From an uncultured virus (IMG/VR IMGVR_UViG_3300020197_000011) (Duplodnaviria > Heunggongvirae > Uroviricota > Caudoviricetes): a DNA stretch of 64,000 nt. Of the stretch, positions 45,840-56,485 are shown piece after piece; the first letter of the stretch is position 1, and each line of letters opens with the position of its first letter. The notes beneath the pieces were generated by a model. The model worked only from the letters and a program-made list of their open reading frames with translations, was not told where the DNA came from and did no database searches. The stretch lies in the IMG/VR virus record IMGVR_UViG_3300020197_000011; one strand, written 5' to 3'. Made by a program: the position numbers and the translations under genes.

Positions 45840-48026
45840 TCAAACTCTACCAGCGACTTCTTCGAAGCTAACTCCAGTACGGGTAGCAACGAAGGTAAGT
45901 GTAACGTAGTTGATCGACTTGGCTGGTTTCAAGAAGATGTCAGCTCTGAATTCATTATTATCAATTACGTCAGGAGTGTTATTTGTTTCATCACAGATGA
46001 CGAGGAAATCAAAAACTCCTCGTTTTGCTTGAATATCGCGGAGATATGGTTCAACAATATTGACGAAGTTTGATCTTGTGATTTGATCGTTTAGTTCAAA
46101 GAGTTGTGCTTGTGCAGATCTCTGAAGTGCTTGCTCAACTGTGAGGAACAACCTACGAACGTTGATTCTATCAAATGCCGATGCAAAACCAAGAGCGGTT
46201 TTGTCTCCAAAAAGAAGAATACCGATTCCTGCTTGATTGACGATCGAATTAATTCTCAGAGGATACAGTTGATCTCTTTGAGCTTTATTTGGATTGTATG
46301 CAAGTTTGATAGCATTGTTCAGAATACCTCTTTGCTGTCCTGCAGGTGAGAACCAAGGATATGCAACGATACTTGTTCTAACCATCAATCCAGCAACATC
46401 ACCATTACATGGAACGTATCTAAAGGTGTTATTGAATCTATCATACATGTACTTGTAACCCGAATCAAATACTGCGTAAGATGAAGATGATAGTGGGTTA
46501 AAGAACTCGATGATATTATCAGTTTGAGTGTCTGTATTTGTGATGTTAATTACGTCAGCTCTGTGTGGAGAAATGACTGCCATGCAATCCTTTCTGTCTC
46601 CAGCAACTGAAATCAGGTAATTTGCCTTTGCTTGCGATTCAAATTTGTTAGCCAAACCAGGGCCCATTACAAGATAATCGACTTGAACCTCATCTTTGTT
46701 TGAGAAAAGTCCATATCCTGTAACGAGATTTCCAAGAGTTGCAGTCATTCCACCGTTTGCACTATAATCGACACCTCCACTTAATGTGTAGGTAACATTT
46801 CCAATAGCACTGTAAACTGTGTTTTGTGCTGCAATGTTCCACTGTCCTGCTGATTGGGTATAAGCAGTGAAATTAGTTGAGAATCCAGTTGCTCTGGGAA
46901 CAGTATTATTATAAGTATCTGCACCAACTGAAGGATTATCTCCGACATAAACATAAGAAGAGAATTGAGCAACGTATTCTTTCCAGAAATTTTTCTGTGG
47001 AGAATTTACTGCTGAGATTGAATCGCTGGCTTTTGAAAGTCCAAGGTGCTTTTCGAGTAAATTACCTTGAATACCAGTTACAGTGCCGCGATCATCTATG
47101 ATTGCAATGTGAACTTCGTCGTTTCTTCCTTGTCTTTCAGAAACATAACCACTTGTACCTGGTTTTGGTGCAATTGATTTCCAGTAAACTGTGGAATTGG
47201 TTAACCCGAGTTGTTGTTGATCGTACCAGTCAACTGCTGTTGCTATACTGGCAGTTCCAGCAAGGTTTGATGCGTTTGTGATGAAACTAACTGTATCTGC
47301 AACCGAGAAAGAAGAATTGCTATCTCCTTGCTTGTAATCAATTGCAGTTTCAGAACCAGCAGCAGAAACCCTAGAAACAATCTTAACATCGACTGTGCTG
47401 TTTGAGTTTGTTGCGTCTGTTGTAACTCCAGTAATGATACCTTTCAAGTATCCAGTAAATGTAGAGGTTCCACCGTTTCCTGGAATCGTAACACTAGACA
47501 AGGTAAGAGTTACTCCATAACCAACAACTGCACCAGCAGTTCCTGGATTGGTTGTGGTGATACCAATGATTTGATCTGCCTTGTTGTCAATTAAGCAAAC
47601 TTTTAAGTTGTTTGCCCAAGAACCTGGATTCTTTGCTGCAAAGACATAATCTGCAATATCATCAGCATAATTTTGAGTATAATCATCAAAGTTTTTAATT
47701 TTAAGACTTGTGGTATATGCAAATCCAACGCCAGCATTTGCGTTATTCAGAGTTGTACCATCAACTCGAACAACCTTCATTACACCACCATAACTGAGGA
47801 AGGATGAAGCAGTCATCCAATACTCATACTGTCCATCGGTGGATAATGGCTTACCGAATACGTTAATTAATTCGTTTTCCGTAGTGATATCAATTGGATC
47901 ATTAACTGGGCCAATTGCAAAAGGTGCAGCAATTGCTCCAATGTTATCTAATACATTATCAGCTCTCCCTACAGTTAAATCAACCTCTCTGGTAAGAACA
48001 CCTGGAGATAATTGAGGAGTCGCCAT
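45840..48026 (-). CDS. gp18: tail sheath protein
   Basis: LSPGV..RE.D, PWFSPAG, GDKT, FDRINVRRLF, KPAKSINY. Confidence 0.97.
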   Translation of the reverse strand: MATPQLSPGVLTREVDLTVGRADNVLDNIGAIAAPFAIGPVNDPIDITTENELINVFGKPLSTDGQYEYWMTASSFLSYGGVMKVVRVDGTTLNNANAGVGFAYTTSLKIKNFDDYTQNYADDIADYVFAAKNPGSWANNLKVCLIDNKADQIIGITTTNPGTAGAVVGYGVTLTLSSVTIPGNGGTSTFTGYLKGIITGVTTDATNSNSTVDVKIVSRVSAAGSETAIDYKQGDSNSSFSVADTVSFITNASNLAGTASIATAVDWYDQQQLGLTNSTVYWKSIAPKPGTSGYVSERQGRNDEVHIAIIDDRGTVTGIQGNLLEKHLGLSKASDSISAVNSPQKNFWKEYVAQFSSYVYVGDNPSVGADTYNNTVPRATGFSTNFTAYTQSAGQWNIAAQNTVYSAIGNVTYTLSGGVDYSANGGMTATLGNLVTGYGLFSNKDEVQVDYLVMGPGLANKFESQAKANYLISVAGDRKDCMAVISPHRADVINITNTDTQTDNIIEFFNPLSSSSYAVFDSGYKYMYDRFNNTFRYVPCNGDVAGLMVRTSIVAYPWFSPAGQQRGILNNAIKLAYNPNKAQRDQLYPLRINSIVNQAGIGILLFGDKTALGFASAFDRINVRRLFLTVEQALQRSAQAQLFELNDQITRSNFVNIVEPYLRDIQAKRGVFDFLVICDETNNTPDVIDNNEFRADIFLKPAKSINYVTLTFVATRTGVSFEEVAGRV

Positions 48027-48109
48027 GTTTTTCTCCTGATACTTTCAGTTTATCTAAAAAATATTTATTAAAAAGATACTTTTCATTGGGGAAACGACGC
48101 ATGAACAAA

Positions 48110-48334
48110 TTACCAGTCAGGATATGCCCACGTATTGTTGTCGCCTTTATTTTTTCTATTTTGAATAATTCTTTCTTTTGTGCATTCTTTGCATTCATAT
48201 GAATAAGAAGAAGCAGACACACCTCTTCGTATTCTATAAAAATCCTCTAACAGAACTTTATCAACTCCACAACTTCTACAACGTCTTTCAATAAAAAATA
48301 AATGTCCAAGTTTAATTTGGCCATCTATATCCAT
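48110..48334 (-). CDS. small Zn-ribbon protein
   Basis: CRSC...FY...ECKEC; start at 48334 gives a TAATG overlap with gp17. Confidence 0.7.
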   Translation of the reverse strand: MDIDGQIKLGHLFFIERRCRSCGVDKVLLEDFYRIRRGVSASSYSYECKECTKERIIQNRKNKGDNNTWAYPDW

Positions 48335-49980
48335 TACATGTACTCCCACATGTATGCTCGATCGCCATATTCATCAAGATGCCAACGATCACCATCCACA
48401 TCTACAAAGCTTGATTCTTCAGATCCATCCACAATAAATCCAAAAGGTGACATATCTTGTTCGATTTGATTCTTCTGTTCTTCATATAATCTTTTTCTTA
48501 CATCTTGATCGGTAAGTTCCTTAAAGTAATCTTGTGCAACTAACCATGCATAAATGACAAGACACATTGCTAAGTCATCATTACAACCCTCTTCAGCCTC
48601 AAAGGAGTTATTTTTCTGAATGAATGTTGTAAGTTCACTCATAATATCATAATCATTAAAGTATAACTTATCCTCTTCAATCATTGTCTTGAGATTCAAG
48701 CAACCAACCTTCTTAACTGCCTTGGACATCTTTACTCCAAGTTGAGTTTTCTTTCCAGAAAATCCTTGTCCAACGATTTGTCCAGCACGTCCACGCATTG
48801 AGCACATGAGTAAGTTATTGTATTCAAGATCATAATGAATAATTGATGCTACTTGATCTCCAACATCATTGACTTCACAAAGAATAAAAGCACCATTATA
48901 ATTTTTTGCAACATCTACAATGATGCTTGGAAAAAGCATTGGTTTAATTTCGTTGTTTCGATACTTTGCAACTACTTTATGTGGAAACTGAGTAATATCA
49001 ACCACAGTAAATGCTGAGTAATCGTTTCCAACCCCTCTGGCTACGTCTACAGTGATAAGATAGTCGTGTTCCTCTATAGGATCAACATATACGTCTAAAC
49101 CCGCGCTACGTGCCTTAGGATGATCGTATACGAGGTTCCTCAACTTAGATGCTGCAATCAATGTATCAACAGATCCTAAGAATTCACATTCAAACTCGAC
49201 TTTAAATTGCTGCTCAGAAGTGTTTGCAATTGTTTGTTTTTTCCATTTATCATCTCTTCCAGGAACTTCACTCCAATGAACATCTGTAAATACATATTCA
49301 TTTTTACCACGCTCCGCATCGTGCCACATGCGGTAAAAGTGATTCATACCATGTGGCGTAGAAACAATAATAACTTTGGTTGATTTACCAGAAGTAATTG
49401 TAGGATAAACCGATGCAAAGAATGAATCTGCAATATGATTTGGAACGAACGCAAATTCATCCAAGAACAGAATGTTGAATGACATTCCTCGAACGGCTGA
49501 TGCTGATGTAGATGCTGCAAGAATCTTTGAACCATTCTCAAGTTCAAGAGATCCTCGGTTCCAAATTAATACCCCTTGCTGCATCCACTTGGGAAGATTT
49601 TCATAAGCAGTTTGAAGACGATCTAAAAGTTCTCTTGCAGTTGCTGCTTTGTTAGCAAGAATGCCAATATTTACATTATCATTAAAGATTGCATAATGAA
49701 GCAAAAACGATACGACAGTAGTGGATTTACCAGTCTGTCGAGGCATCTTACAGATATTAAATCTGTGTTTATGAAAATTATTAACTAATTTTTCTTGAAA
49801 TGGATAAAGCTCAAATGGTTGCAAACCTTTATCAAGGGTTACAATTTTAATATAATTTTTTGCAAAATATACGGGATCTTCTTTACACTTTACAAATTCA
49901 ACAATTTGTTCTTGTGTAAACTCAATCGGGGTGTTAGCCTTCTTGAGTAGTGGATTTCCCAAATAAACATCATTTGCCAT
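48334..49980 (-). CDS. gp17: terminase large subunit
   Basis: PRQTGKST, FLDEFAF, STPHG, DVARGVG.DYS, DDL.M. Confidence 0.98.
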   Translation of the reverse strand: MANDVYLGNPLLKKANTPIEFTQEQIVEFVKCKEDPVYFAKNYIKIVTLDKGLQPFELYPFQEKLVNNFHKHRFNICKMPRQTGKSTTVVSFLLHYAIFNDNVNIGILANKAATARELLDRLQTAYENLPKWMQQGVLIWNRGSLELENGSKILAASTSASAVRGMSFNILFLDEFAFVPNHIADSFFASVYPTITSGKSTKVIIVSTPHGMNHFYRMWHDAERGKNEYVFTDVHWSEVPGRDDKWKKQTIANTSEQQFKVEFECEFLGSVDTLIAASKLRNLVYDHPKARSAGLDVYVDPIEEHDYLITVDVARGVGNDYSAFTVVDITQFPHKVVAKYRNNEIKPMLFPSIIVDVAKNYNGAFILCEVNDVGDQVASIIHYDLEYNNLLMCSMRGRAGQIVGQGFSGKKTQLGVKMSKAVKKVGCLNLKTMIEEDKLYFNDYDIMSELTTFIQKNNSFEAEEGCNDDLAMCLVIYAWLVAQDYFKELTDQDVRKRLYEEQKNQIEQDMSPFGFIVDGSEESSFVDVDGDRWHLDEYGDRAYMWEYM

Positions 49981-49997
49981 AATAAATTATTTTTATA

Positions 49998-51575
49998 TCA
50001 ACAGTTCCAAGCTCTAAGTGATTTATTAATTCTACTATTTGGATCGTTAGCAGTTTTTGCTGAAGTCAGTTTCTTTTTCATTCCAGACATCCGAGCACAA
50101 AAACTCTTTCTACGTGGATTACCAACTTTCTTTGAAGGTGCCTTCAGATCACTTCCAGGATTTTCACGCTCATAAGACTTGCGTCCTTTCTCATTCAAAC
50201 CACCGCTTTTGTTCTTACCTTCTTTACGTTGCCATGCAGCAACTTCTTCAATATTTTCTTCGCCAATAGTTTCATTATTTAAAAGATAATTTTTAGATCT
50301 TTTTGGATCATATACCTGAATCAAAGGTTGTCCTGGCTCAAGTCCAGCAATGTTGTATTGGAGAACCATTGCTCCAGGATATACCTTTTGAATCTGATCA
50401 GTAACATCTCTTCTTGATGGCATATTCAGTTGAGGGAAGAACATCTTATTCATATAAGTCTTCCCCCTCCACGAAAATACCACTGAGATGATATTTCCGT
50501 TAGTTGCAGGAAGTCTTACTGCTTCTTCAATCCCAACTTCTTCATTTGCTGGGACACAGTTAGGAACCATTTTCTTTCCTTTCTTTTTCATTCCAACTTG
50601 CTTATAACCAGTCCAACATGCTTCTTCCATTTCACCACTGTTGACATAATCTGCAGCAGTATCAATATAATCTGCAGCTTTGGTAATTTTTGACTGAACC
50701 CATGCCTCTAAATTTCCTTCACCTTTACCAACCTTCATTTCAAGTCTTTTTAGCGCATCATGAATAGTCTGCAATTCAGATCTGGCCATTGAATACTCTT
50801 CATCTCTTACAGAAAATTTATCCCATGCTTTTTCGCCGTAAGAACATTCAGATCTTGCCTCTCTTTTATCGCACAAAGGACAATATCTTTTTTCTTCCAT
50901 TGCCTCCGATTTTGTTCCCCAATTAGCAGCACCTTTTTTACGGCATTTTACGAGAGCACCTGAGGCATATGCACTTGGCCAAACATCATATCTTGCTTTT
51001 ACTTTATGATAACAGGCATCTTTTTTACCACTACTTTTTCCTTTTTTATCAGTTTCTTCGTTCATTTTTTTTCTTGGGGAATCTGTGGAAACATATGTTG
51101 GTTTTGCAGCACCTGTTTTTTGTTGTTGTCCAGGATCTGCTGCCTTTTTTCTTCTTGCAGCAGAACGTCTTTCTGCTGGAGTCATAGTTGCTCTTTTTGA
51201 TGAAGAAACACACTTTGGAGTTCCTTCTCCAGGTTCATCACTTGCACAAGTTCCACCAGTTACAACATTTACCCAACCCGGTTTACCTTCTTTAGAACGA
51301 GAACCTTTAAACCACTGATGTAGATTGCCTTCTTTTACATCTTTAAATTTTTTATGATGTTTTTTGGCATCTGCTTCCATTTTTTTCAAACGAGTATAAT
51401 AATCTGGAATCTCATCTAAATGTTGAAGAGTAATATCTCTGGCAAGATCATGATCTTTAGTGTGTTCATGCTCGATTGGTTCTCCTATATCCAGTTGCTT
51501 TTGAATGAAAGAAGCATCAAGGCGATGCTTCTTTGCAATCTGCTCAACTGTTTTATGAGATTTAAGTTTATTCAT
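49998..51575 (-). CDS. late multi-module protein, candidate internal head polyprotein
   Basis: 525 aa of short Cys/Lys-rich modules, most separated by [VIM]-x-E motifs; late promoter at 51595. Confidence 0.7.
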   Translation of the reverse strand: MNKLKSHKTVEQIAKKHRLDASFIQKQLDIGEPIEHEHTKDHDLARDITLQHLDEIPDYYTRLKKMEADAKKHHKKFKDVKEGNLHQWFKGSRSKEGKPGWVNVVTGGTCASDEPGEGTPKCVSSSKRATMTPAERRSAARRKKAADPGQQQKTGAAKPTYVSTDSPRKKMNEETDKKGKSSGKKDACYHKVKARYDVWPSAYASGALVKCRKKGAANWGTKSEAMEEKRYCPLCDKREARSECSYGEKAWDKFSVRDEEYSMARSELQTIHDALKRLEMKVGKGEGNLEAWVQSKITKAADYIDTAADYVNSGEMEEACWTGYKQVGMKKKGKKMVPNCVPANEEVGIEEAVRLPATNGNIISVVFSWRGKTYMNKMFFPQLNMPSRRDVTDQIQKVYPGAMVLQYNIAGLEPGQPLIQVYDPKRSKNYLLNNETIGEENIEEVAAWQRKEGKNKSGGLNEKGRKSYERENPGSDLKAPSKKVGNPRRKSFCARMSGMKKKLTSAKTANDPNSRINKSLRAWNC

Positions 51576-51604
51576 TATAAATCACACTTTTTTATATTTA
51601 TTTA

Positions 51605-53446
51605 TTATGAGAAGTTATAGAGGGAAAGGTTTCCCCACCAAATCGAACCAGAATCATAAGTAAAGAACGTATAAACATCAGTTTTGTTTGCTGCTTCAGT
51701 TCTTACCGGAACTGTTGCATTAGGCCACTTAACAGACGCTGGCCAAGTGATTGTTCTACTTGGAGTTGCATCATTAGTTAAAACTAAAGTAAATGACACT
51801 GCGCCGTTACTTGGATTTGAGAAAGTAAATGTGCAGTTATCTGTCAATGTTGCTGTCACAAATGATCCATTGTCTAAATTGATAGTTGCAGCTGCACCTG
51901 TGTTTCCTACGAAATTAATTTTTTCGGATGGTTTTGTAACTGTACCAACACCCGTAACATTCAAACCAACTACATTTAATGTATTTGTAACAGCATCAAA
52001 AGTTAAATCTGCATCTGTAGCAGTTGCAGTCATTGAACCAGAAGTTTGTCCTGTTACTACTATTCTTTGAGTTCCTGATGCTGCAGATAATGTTGAGCCT
52101 GCATTTGTAATACCAGATCCATCACCATAGAAAAAAGCTGCTGTTATTGATTGTGCAGCAGATACATTAGATGCAGTTACTGATTGAACATCAAGTAAAT
52201 TATCATATACTGTAAATCCTGCTCCAACAGTTAAGCGACTACCAGATAATGCTGAAGTGGTTCCGATTGAAATTGGATAGTTGGAAATCCAAGTGTCAGT
52301 ACCCAATCCACTGAAACTATTTTCTTTGAACCACATAATCTTTTTGTATGTGGCGGGATTGGTTTCTCCAATGCCCACATCAAAAAGTGTAATTAGTGGA
52401 GTTCCTTCAGTTGATGCAACAGCAATACCACCATGATTGGCAGTATTATCGGTAGAAATATCATTACCAAATGCATCAGTTCTATATCCTACAACAATAT
52501 CAGCATCGAAAACATTTAATTCTGTTGCTGTGATATAAGCATTGGTTCCTCCAATAGTAATATTACCATCAACATTCAAATTGCGAGTAACCTGCAAGTC
52601 TCTAGTAACTATTAAATCTCGTGTAACTGTTAAATCTTGAGGAACAACTAATCCTGTTGGAAGACTTAAAACGGGAGTTGATCCTTCTCCAGTTCCACCA
52701 GTGACTGTAATTTGACTTGCAGTTCCAGAAACTGATTGAACATAATCACCAGTGGTATCAGAACCAAGTGCAACGCTGTTAGGTTGAATTGTTGCGGCTA
52801 ATGAAACATTGCCGGTTCCATCAAAACTAATTGCAGATGCAACGACATCTCCAGTGATTTCAAAGGTTCTTGGGGTTTCAAGTTGAGTTGCAGACGCTGC
52901 TACTCCAGTTATACTTCCTGTTATACCTCCACTTGCATTAATTGCTCCTAAAAATGTAGAAACTCCAGAAACATTTAATGCATTTAGAGTTAAACCACTT
53001 GAATGTAAAGTATTAGATCCAACTTGAACTCCATTAGTATGATTAAGAGTAAGTCCAGCACCAACATTAACTTGATTATTGCTTCCATCAAGAGTAATTG
53101 AACTTGATCCTATGGTTAAAATTCCAGTAATTCTAGCGTCACCATTTACAATGAGTTGAGTTGTTCCACCACCGACGACAGTGTTACCTAATGTGGAAAC
53201 ACCAGAAGAGTTTATATTACCAGTTACATTTCCAGTCAGATTTCCACTAAACGTTGTAGCAGTTAAAACACCAACGTTTTCAGTATTCGATAAATCTGCT
53301 TTTGCTACTTCAAATCCACCTGCAGTTGTTCCATCATGAACATGCAAAGATTTATTTGTTGTATTTACTGTAATTTCTGCAGTTGCCCCAGTAAATGAAG
53401 AGTGTTGATCTTTTGTTCCTCTTCTAAATTGAATTTGTGTTGCCAT
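51605..53446 (-). CDS. tail fibre-like protein
   Basis: N-terminal QIQFRRGT...HDG.T.GG, G/T/V-rich repeats, C-terminal ITWPASVKW...D.Y.F domain. Confidence 0.8.
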   Translation of the reverse strand: MATQIQFRRGTKDQHSSFTGATAEITVNTTNKSLHVHDGTTAGGFEVAKADLSNTENVGVLTATTFSGNLTGNVTGNINSSGVSTLGNTVVGGGTTQLIVNGDARITGILTIGSSSITLDGSNNQVNVGAGLTLNHTNGVQVGSNTLHSSGLTLNALNVSGVSTFLGAINASGGITGSITGVAASATQLETPRTFEITGDVVASAISFDGTGNVSLAATIQPNSVALGSDTTGDYVQSVSGTASQITVTGGTGEGSTPVLSLPTGLVVPQDLTVTRDLIVTRDLQVTRNLNVDGNITIGGTNAYITATELNVFDADIVVGYRTDAFGNDISTDNTANHGGIAVASTEGTPLITLFDVGIGETNPATYKKIMWFKENSFSGLGTDTWISNYPISIGTTSALSGSRLTVGAGFTVYDNLLDVQSVTASNVSAAQSITAAFFYGDGSGITNAGSTLSAASGTQRIVVTGQTSGSMTATATDADLTFDAVTNTLNVVGLNVTGVGTVTKPSEKINFVGNTGAAATINLDNGSFVTATLTDNCTFTFSNPSNGAVSFTLVLTNDATPSRTITWPASVKWPNATVPVRTEAANKTDVYTFFTYDSGSIWWGNLSLYNFS

Positions 53447-53469
53447 TTGCTTTCTCCTTTAAGGTAAAA

Positions 53470-54177
53470 TTAAGATACAATTGCTCTGTCCGTAACTCTT
53501 CTCCAGTTTGTTCCATCAGAGAAAGCGGGTACTGAACCTCCTGTTTCGTCAGTAACAAATAGCATTTGTCCTGCTGGACTTGCTGCTGGTAATGTTGATA
53601 CTGTATAAGGTGGCAAAATAAACTGATCTGGACTTATAATTCCTGCGAGGATTAATAATCCTAAATCATAGGCATTTGCAACCGAGTTAATAATTAATCC
53701 AGAATCATCTGATGCGGTGACAGCTTCTGTAATTAGTCCAAAATCGCTATCATTGTTCCAATTGAACGGAATGATTGATGATGCATTTATAAATTGAAGA
53801 ACTCCAGATCCATTTGTTGCTAGTACCTGATTATTAGCACCATCTGTTGTTGGATATGTGAGTCCGTTTATTGTTGCGCCAGATCCAACAGTTAAATTTG
53901 TTACTCTGGCAGATCCGATAACATCGAGTTTTTTTGTCGGATTTGTTGTTCCAATGCCAACATTTCCAACTGTATAATAAGTATCATAAGTATTCGTCCC
54001 TGTTCCTACAGTCCATGGATTAACCACAAAAACTGTAGTCCCTATTCCTACATTTTTGGATGCATAAAACTTGCCATCAAAGGTATTAAGAGCTACTTCT
54101 CCTAAAGGCACCTGATCGGGTGTAGGTATCTTGCCTTCTATAGAAGATCGTTTAATCCTAATAACTGGATCAGCCAT
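53470..54177 (-). CDS. tail fibre-associated protein
   Basis: IRIKRS...GE.ALN..DGK.Y, GNVGIGTTNP, C-terminal AFSDGTNWRR. Confidence 0.75.
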   Translation of the reverse strand: MADPVIRIKRSSIEGKIPTPDQVPLGEVALNTFDGKFYASKNVGIGTTVFVVNPWTVGTGTNTYDTYYTVGNVGIGTTNPTKKLDVIGSARVTNLTVGSGATINGLTYPTTDGANNQVLATNGSGVLQFINASSIIPFNWNNDSDFGLITEAVTASDDSGLIINSVANAYDLGLLILAGIISPDQFILPPYTVSTLPAASPAGQMLFVTDETGGSVPAFSDGTNWRRVTDRAIVS

Positions 54178-54239
54178 TCAACCTCATGATGGTAAAAACC
54201 GTAAACTCAGTATATACTGAGCATTAAACTTATTTATTA

Positions 54240-54425
54240 TTAAAAATCATCAGACTTTGTAGTTCTTTTTGCTTTTGTTGACAATGATTGAACTTCATTT
54301 CTGAGATCTGTAATTGTTTTATTTAATTGTTCAATTTGAGTTTCAAATACAATATTTTGATTAAACAATTCAAATGCTTTTTGTTGATACTTTGCAAGAA
54401 CTGCCTTTAAATCATCTTCAGACAT
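54240..54425 (-). CDS. small coiled-coil protein (possible fibre chaperone)
   Basis: 61 aa heptad pattern between fibre genes. Confidence 0.65.
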   Translation of the reverse strand: MSEDDLKAVLAKYQQKAFELFNQNIVFETQIEQLNKTITDLRNEVQSLSTKAKRTTKSDDF

Positions 54426-54456
54426 AAAAAAATACCCTCAGGTTTCTGAGGGTATT
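54426..54456 (-). terminator. terminator hairpin overlapping a late promoter
   Basis: AATACCCTCAG-AAAC-CTGAGGGTATT plus a T run. Confidence 0.7.
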
Positions 54457-54474
54457 TAGATTTTTTAATTAATA

Positions 54475-56148
54475 TCAGAATGTTCCAGCATCAACGGTGA
54501 TATTTTCAAGAAATCTTTCACTACCAGTACATGAAATAACTTGAGATTGTCCTGCACAGTCATTTACCCACAATGCACCGATTTCAACTGGAGCATATGC
54601 GGAAACTGTAATAACTGGAGTTGATGTATTACCTTCTGAAGCTGGGTTATCAGAATTAGCAGAAAGAACAAATCTTTCAGTTGAATAATCCCAAATAACA
54701 CCAGCAGTCTTGGCAACACCAGCGTCGCCATAATTCATCATAACTCCAAGATCCCATGTTGTGGTTGCTGGAGTTGAACCAGTTTGAATACCAAGAGTAA
54801 TAGTTCTGTCGTTTACAGTTAATTCAGTGGTATTGATTTGAGTAGTTGTTCCATTTACATAAAGATCACCATTAACCGTAAGATTATTTGATGCTACTAC
54901 AGCACCAGTAGAATTTGCAATTGTAAGTGCTGCAGTTCCATCATTTGCTCTTACATTCGATACATTAATTGTGGGAGTAGTGAGAGCAGTTGTGACGGTA
55001 ACACTATTTGGAAGTCCAACAGTGATTGTTTGTCCACTAGCAGATGTTTCAATCTCATTTGCTGTTCCAGCAACTGTAAGTGATTGATCATCTAAATTAA
55101 TGCTACCCGTTCCAGTGTCACCTATAATTCCAAGATCATCATCAAAATCAAAGGTGTTGATGTAGTCAATAATAGCAGAAGAAGTTGGAACAGAGGAAGT
55201 TGAACTTCCTGCTGAAACTGATGATGAGAATTGGGTAACGCCAACACCAGTTCCAAAAGTAGTAATACCCGAAACTAAAAGATTTCTGGTGGTAACATCT
55301 AATCCAATCGAAGCACCACCATTAACCTCTAAACCACCAACGAATAATTGATTATTAACATAAACATTAGATGTTGTAAAGGTAGCAACACCAACAACAG
55401 TAACAACATCAGATCCAGCATTTCCTAATGTTACATCTCCTTGAGCGTTTAATGTGCCAGTTACGGTTAATGATGCTCCAACGATTACATTATTAGGAAG
55501 CCCAACAGTAACGGTTGAGTTGGTTCTTGAAACTTCTATTTCGCTGGCAGTTCCATTGATTGTTTGAACAGCACCAGTGGCACTATCTGCAAGAACAACA
55601 TTACCAGAAGTTACTGTAAAATCTCCAGAGTCAAAAGATGCAACACCTTTATTTGTATCTGATGCATCTTCTGCAGCAATAGTAATAGTATTATCAGTAA
55701 CAGTTGTATCAATACCTTCTCCACCAGCAAAAGTAATTGTAGAACCTGTACTTACAGTATCTGGAGCTCCAGAATCTGCAGCGATGGTAAAGTCACTAAC
55801 AACTTCGGCCCAGGAAAGATCTCCAGAACTATTTGTTTTAAGAAAATAATTATTAGTTGGAGTTGCTGGAAATGTATAAGTCGTAACACCAGCAAGAGTA
55901 TCTGGAGATTTTAATTGAATATAATCAGATCCGTTACTAGTTCCTTCAACAAGGTTGATTCCACTACCAACCGTTGTTGTTTCTTTTCTCCAATATCGAT
56001 GAGATCCAAAAAACTTGTTATTATTTGTTGTGCTGTCAATACCCACAAAAAGATCAAATGAATCTGTAGTGAGTGCGGGTTCACCTGCTCTTAATCCGGG
56101 CAGACTGGCAAAAGCGCCTCTCTTAAACTGAAGAACTGGTGCAGACAT
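54475..56148 (-). CDS. tail fibre-like protein
   Basis: LQFKRG...GEP, T/G/V-rich repeated GTA.EIE.S.....TVGLPN units, C-terminal DAGTF. Confidence 0.8.
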   Translation of the reverse strand: MSAPVLQFKRGAFASLPGLRAGEPALTTDSFDLFVGIDSTTNNNKFFGSHRYWRKETTTVGSGINLVEGTSNGSDYIQLKSPDTLAGVTTYTFPATPTNNYFLKTNSSGDLSWAEVVSDFTIAADSGAPDTVSTGSTITFAGGEGIDTTVTDNTITIAAEDASDTNKGVASFDSGDFTVTSGNVVLADSATGAVQTINGTASEIEVSRTNSTVTVGLPNNVIVGASLTVTGTLNAQGDVTLGNAGSDVVTVVGVATFTTSNVYVNNQLFVGGLEVNGGASIGLDVTTRNLLVSGITTFGTGVGVTQFSSSVSAGSSTSSVPTSSAIIDYINTFDFDDDLGIIGDTGTGSINLDDQSLTVAGTANEIETSASGQTITVGLPNSVTVTTALTTPTINVSNVRANDGTAALTIANSTGAVVASNNLTVNGDLYVNGTTTQINTTELTVNDRTITLGIQTGSTPATTTWDLGVMMNYGDAGVAKTAGVIWDYSTERFVLSANSDNPASEGNTSTPVITVSAYAPVEIGALWVNDCAGQSQVISCTGSERFLENITVDAGTF

Positions 56149-56188
56149 TTCTTTTTGCTCTTTACAATGTGATATTAATATTTATCAA

Positions 56189-56485
56189 TTAAAATGTGCC
56201 AGCATCTAAATCAATTCTGTTATCCAAATCTATGTCCAACTCATCTACAAAAGGATCTGGAATTCCTGGAGAAATTGGTTCTGTAACAGATGCAGTTAAA
56301 ACATCATCTGGATTTACATTTTTCCATTTGTTAGTTGCATGATCATACATCAAAACATACTTATCAAGATCTCCTGTAATTTCTACATCTGTAAGATCAT
56401 TTAATGTCTGTGCCATATCTATTTGATACGATAGTCCTACTTTGTAACTTTTTGGTTGAGTTACTTTTACTTGATATTCAGTCAT
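56189..56485 (-). CDS. hypothetical protein (fibre-related)
   Basis: L.DLTDV...VL.YD...KW.N; C-terminal DAGTF as in the neighbouring gene. Confidence 0.7.
   Translation of the reverse strand: MTEYQVKVTQPKSYKVGLSYQIDMAQTLNDLTDVEITGDLDKYVLMYDHATNKWKNVNPDDVLTASVTEPISPGIPDPFVDELDIDLDNRIDLDAGTF

Noticed and set aside
1272..49980. Introns or inteins in nrdA, nrdB, gp43, gp41, uvsX, gp46 or gp17
   Set aside because: All are continuous ORFs of ordinary length with no obvious intein motifs
51605..56148. Diversity-generating retroelement suggested by Mtd-like fibre N-termini
   Set aside because: No reverse transcriptase in the window, and I saw no TR/VR pair differing at adenines
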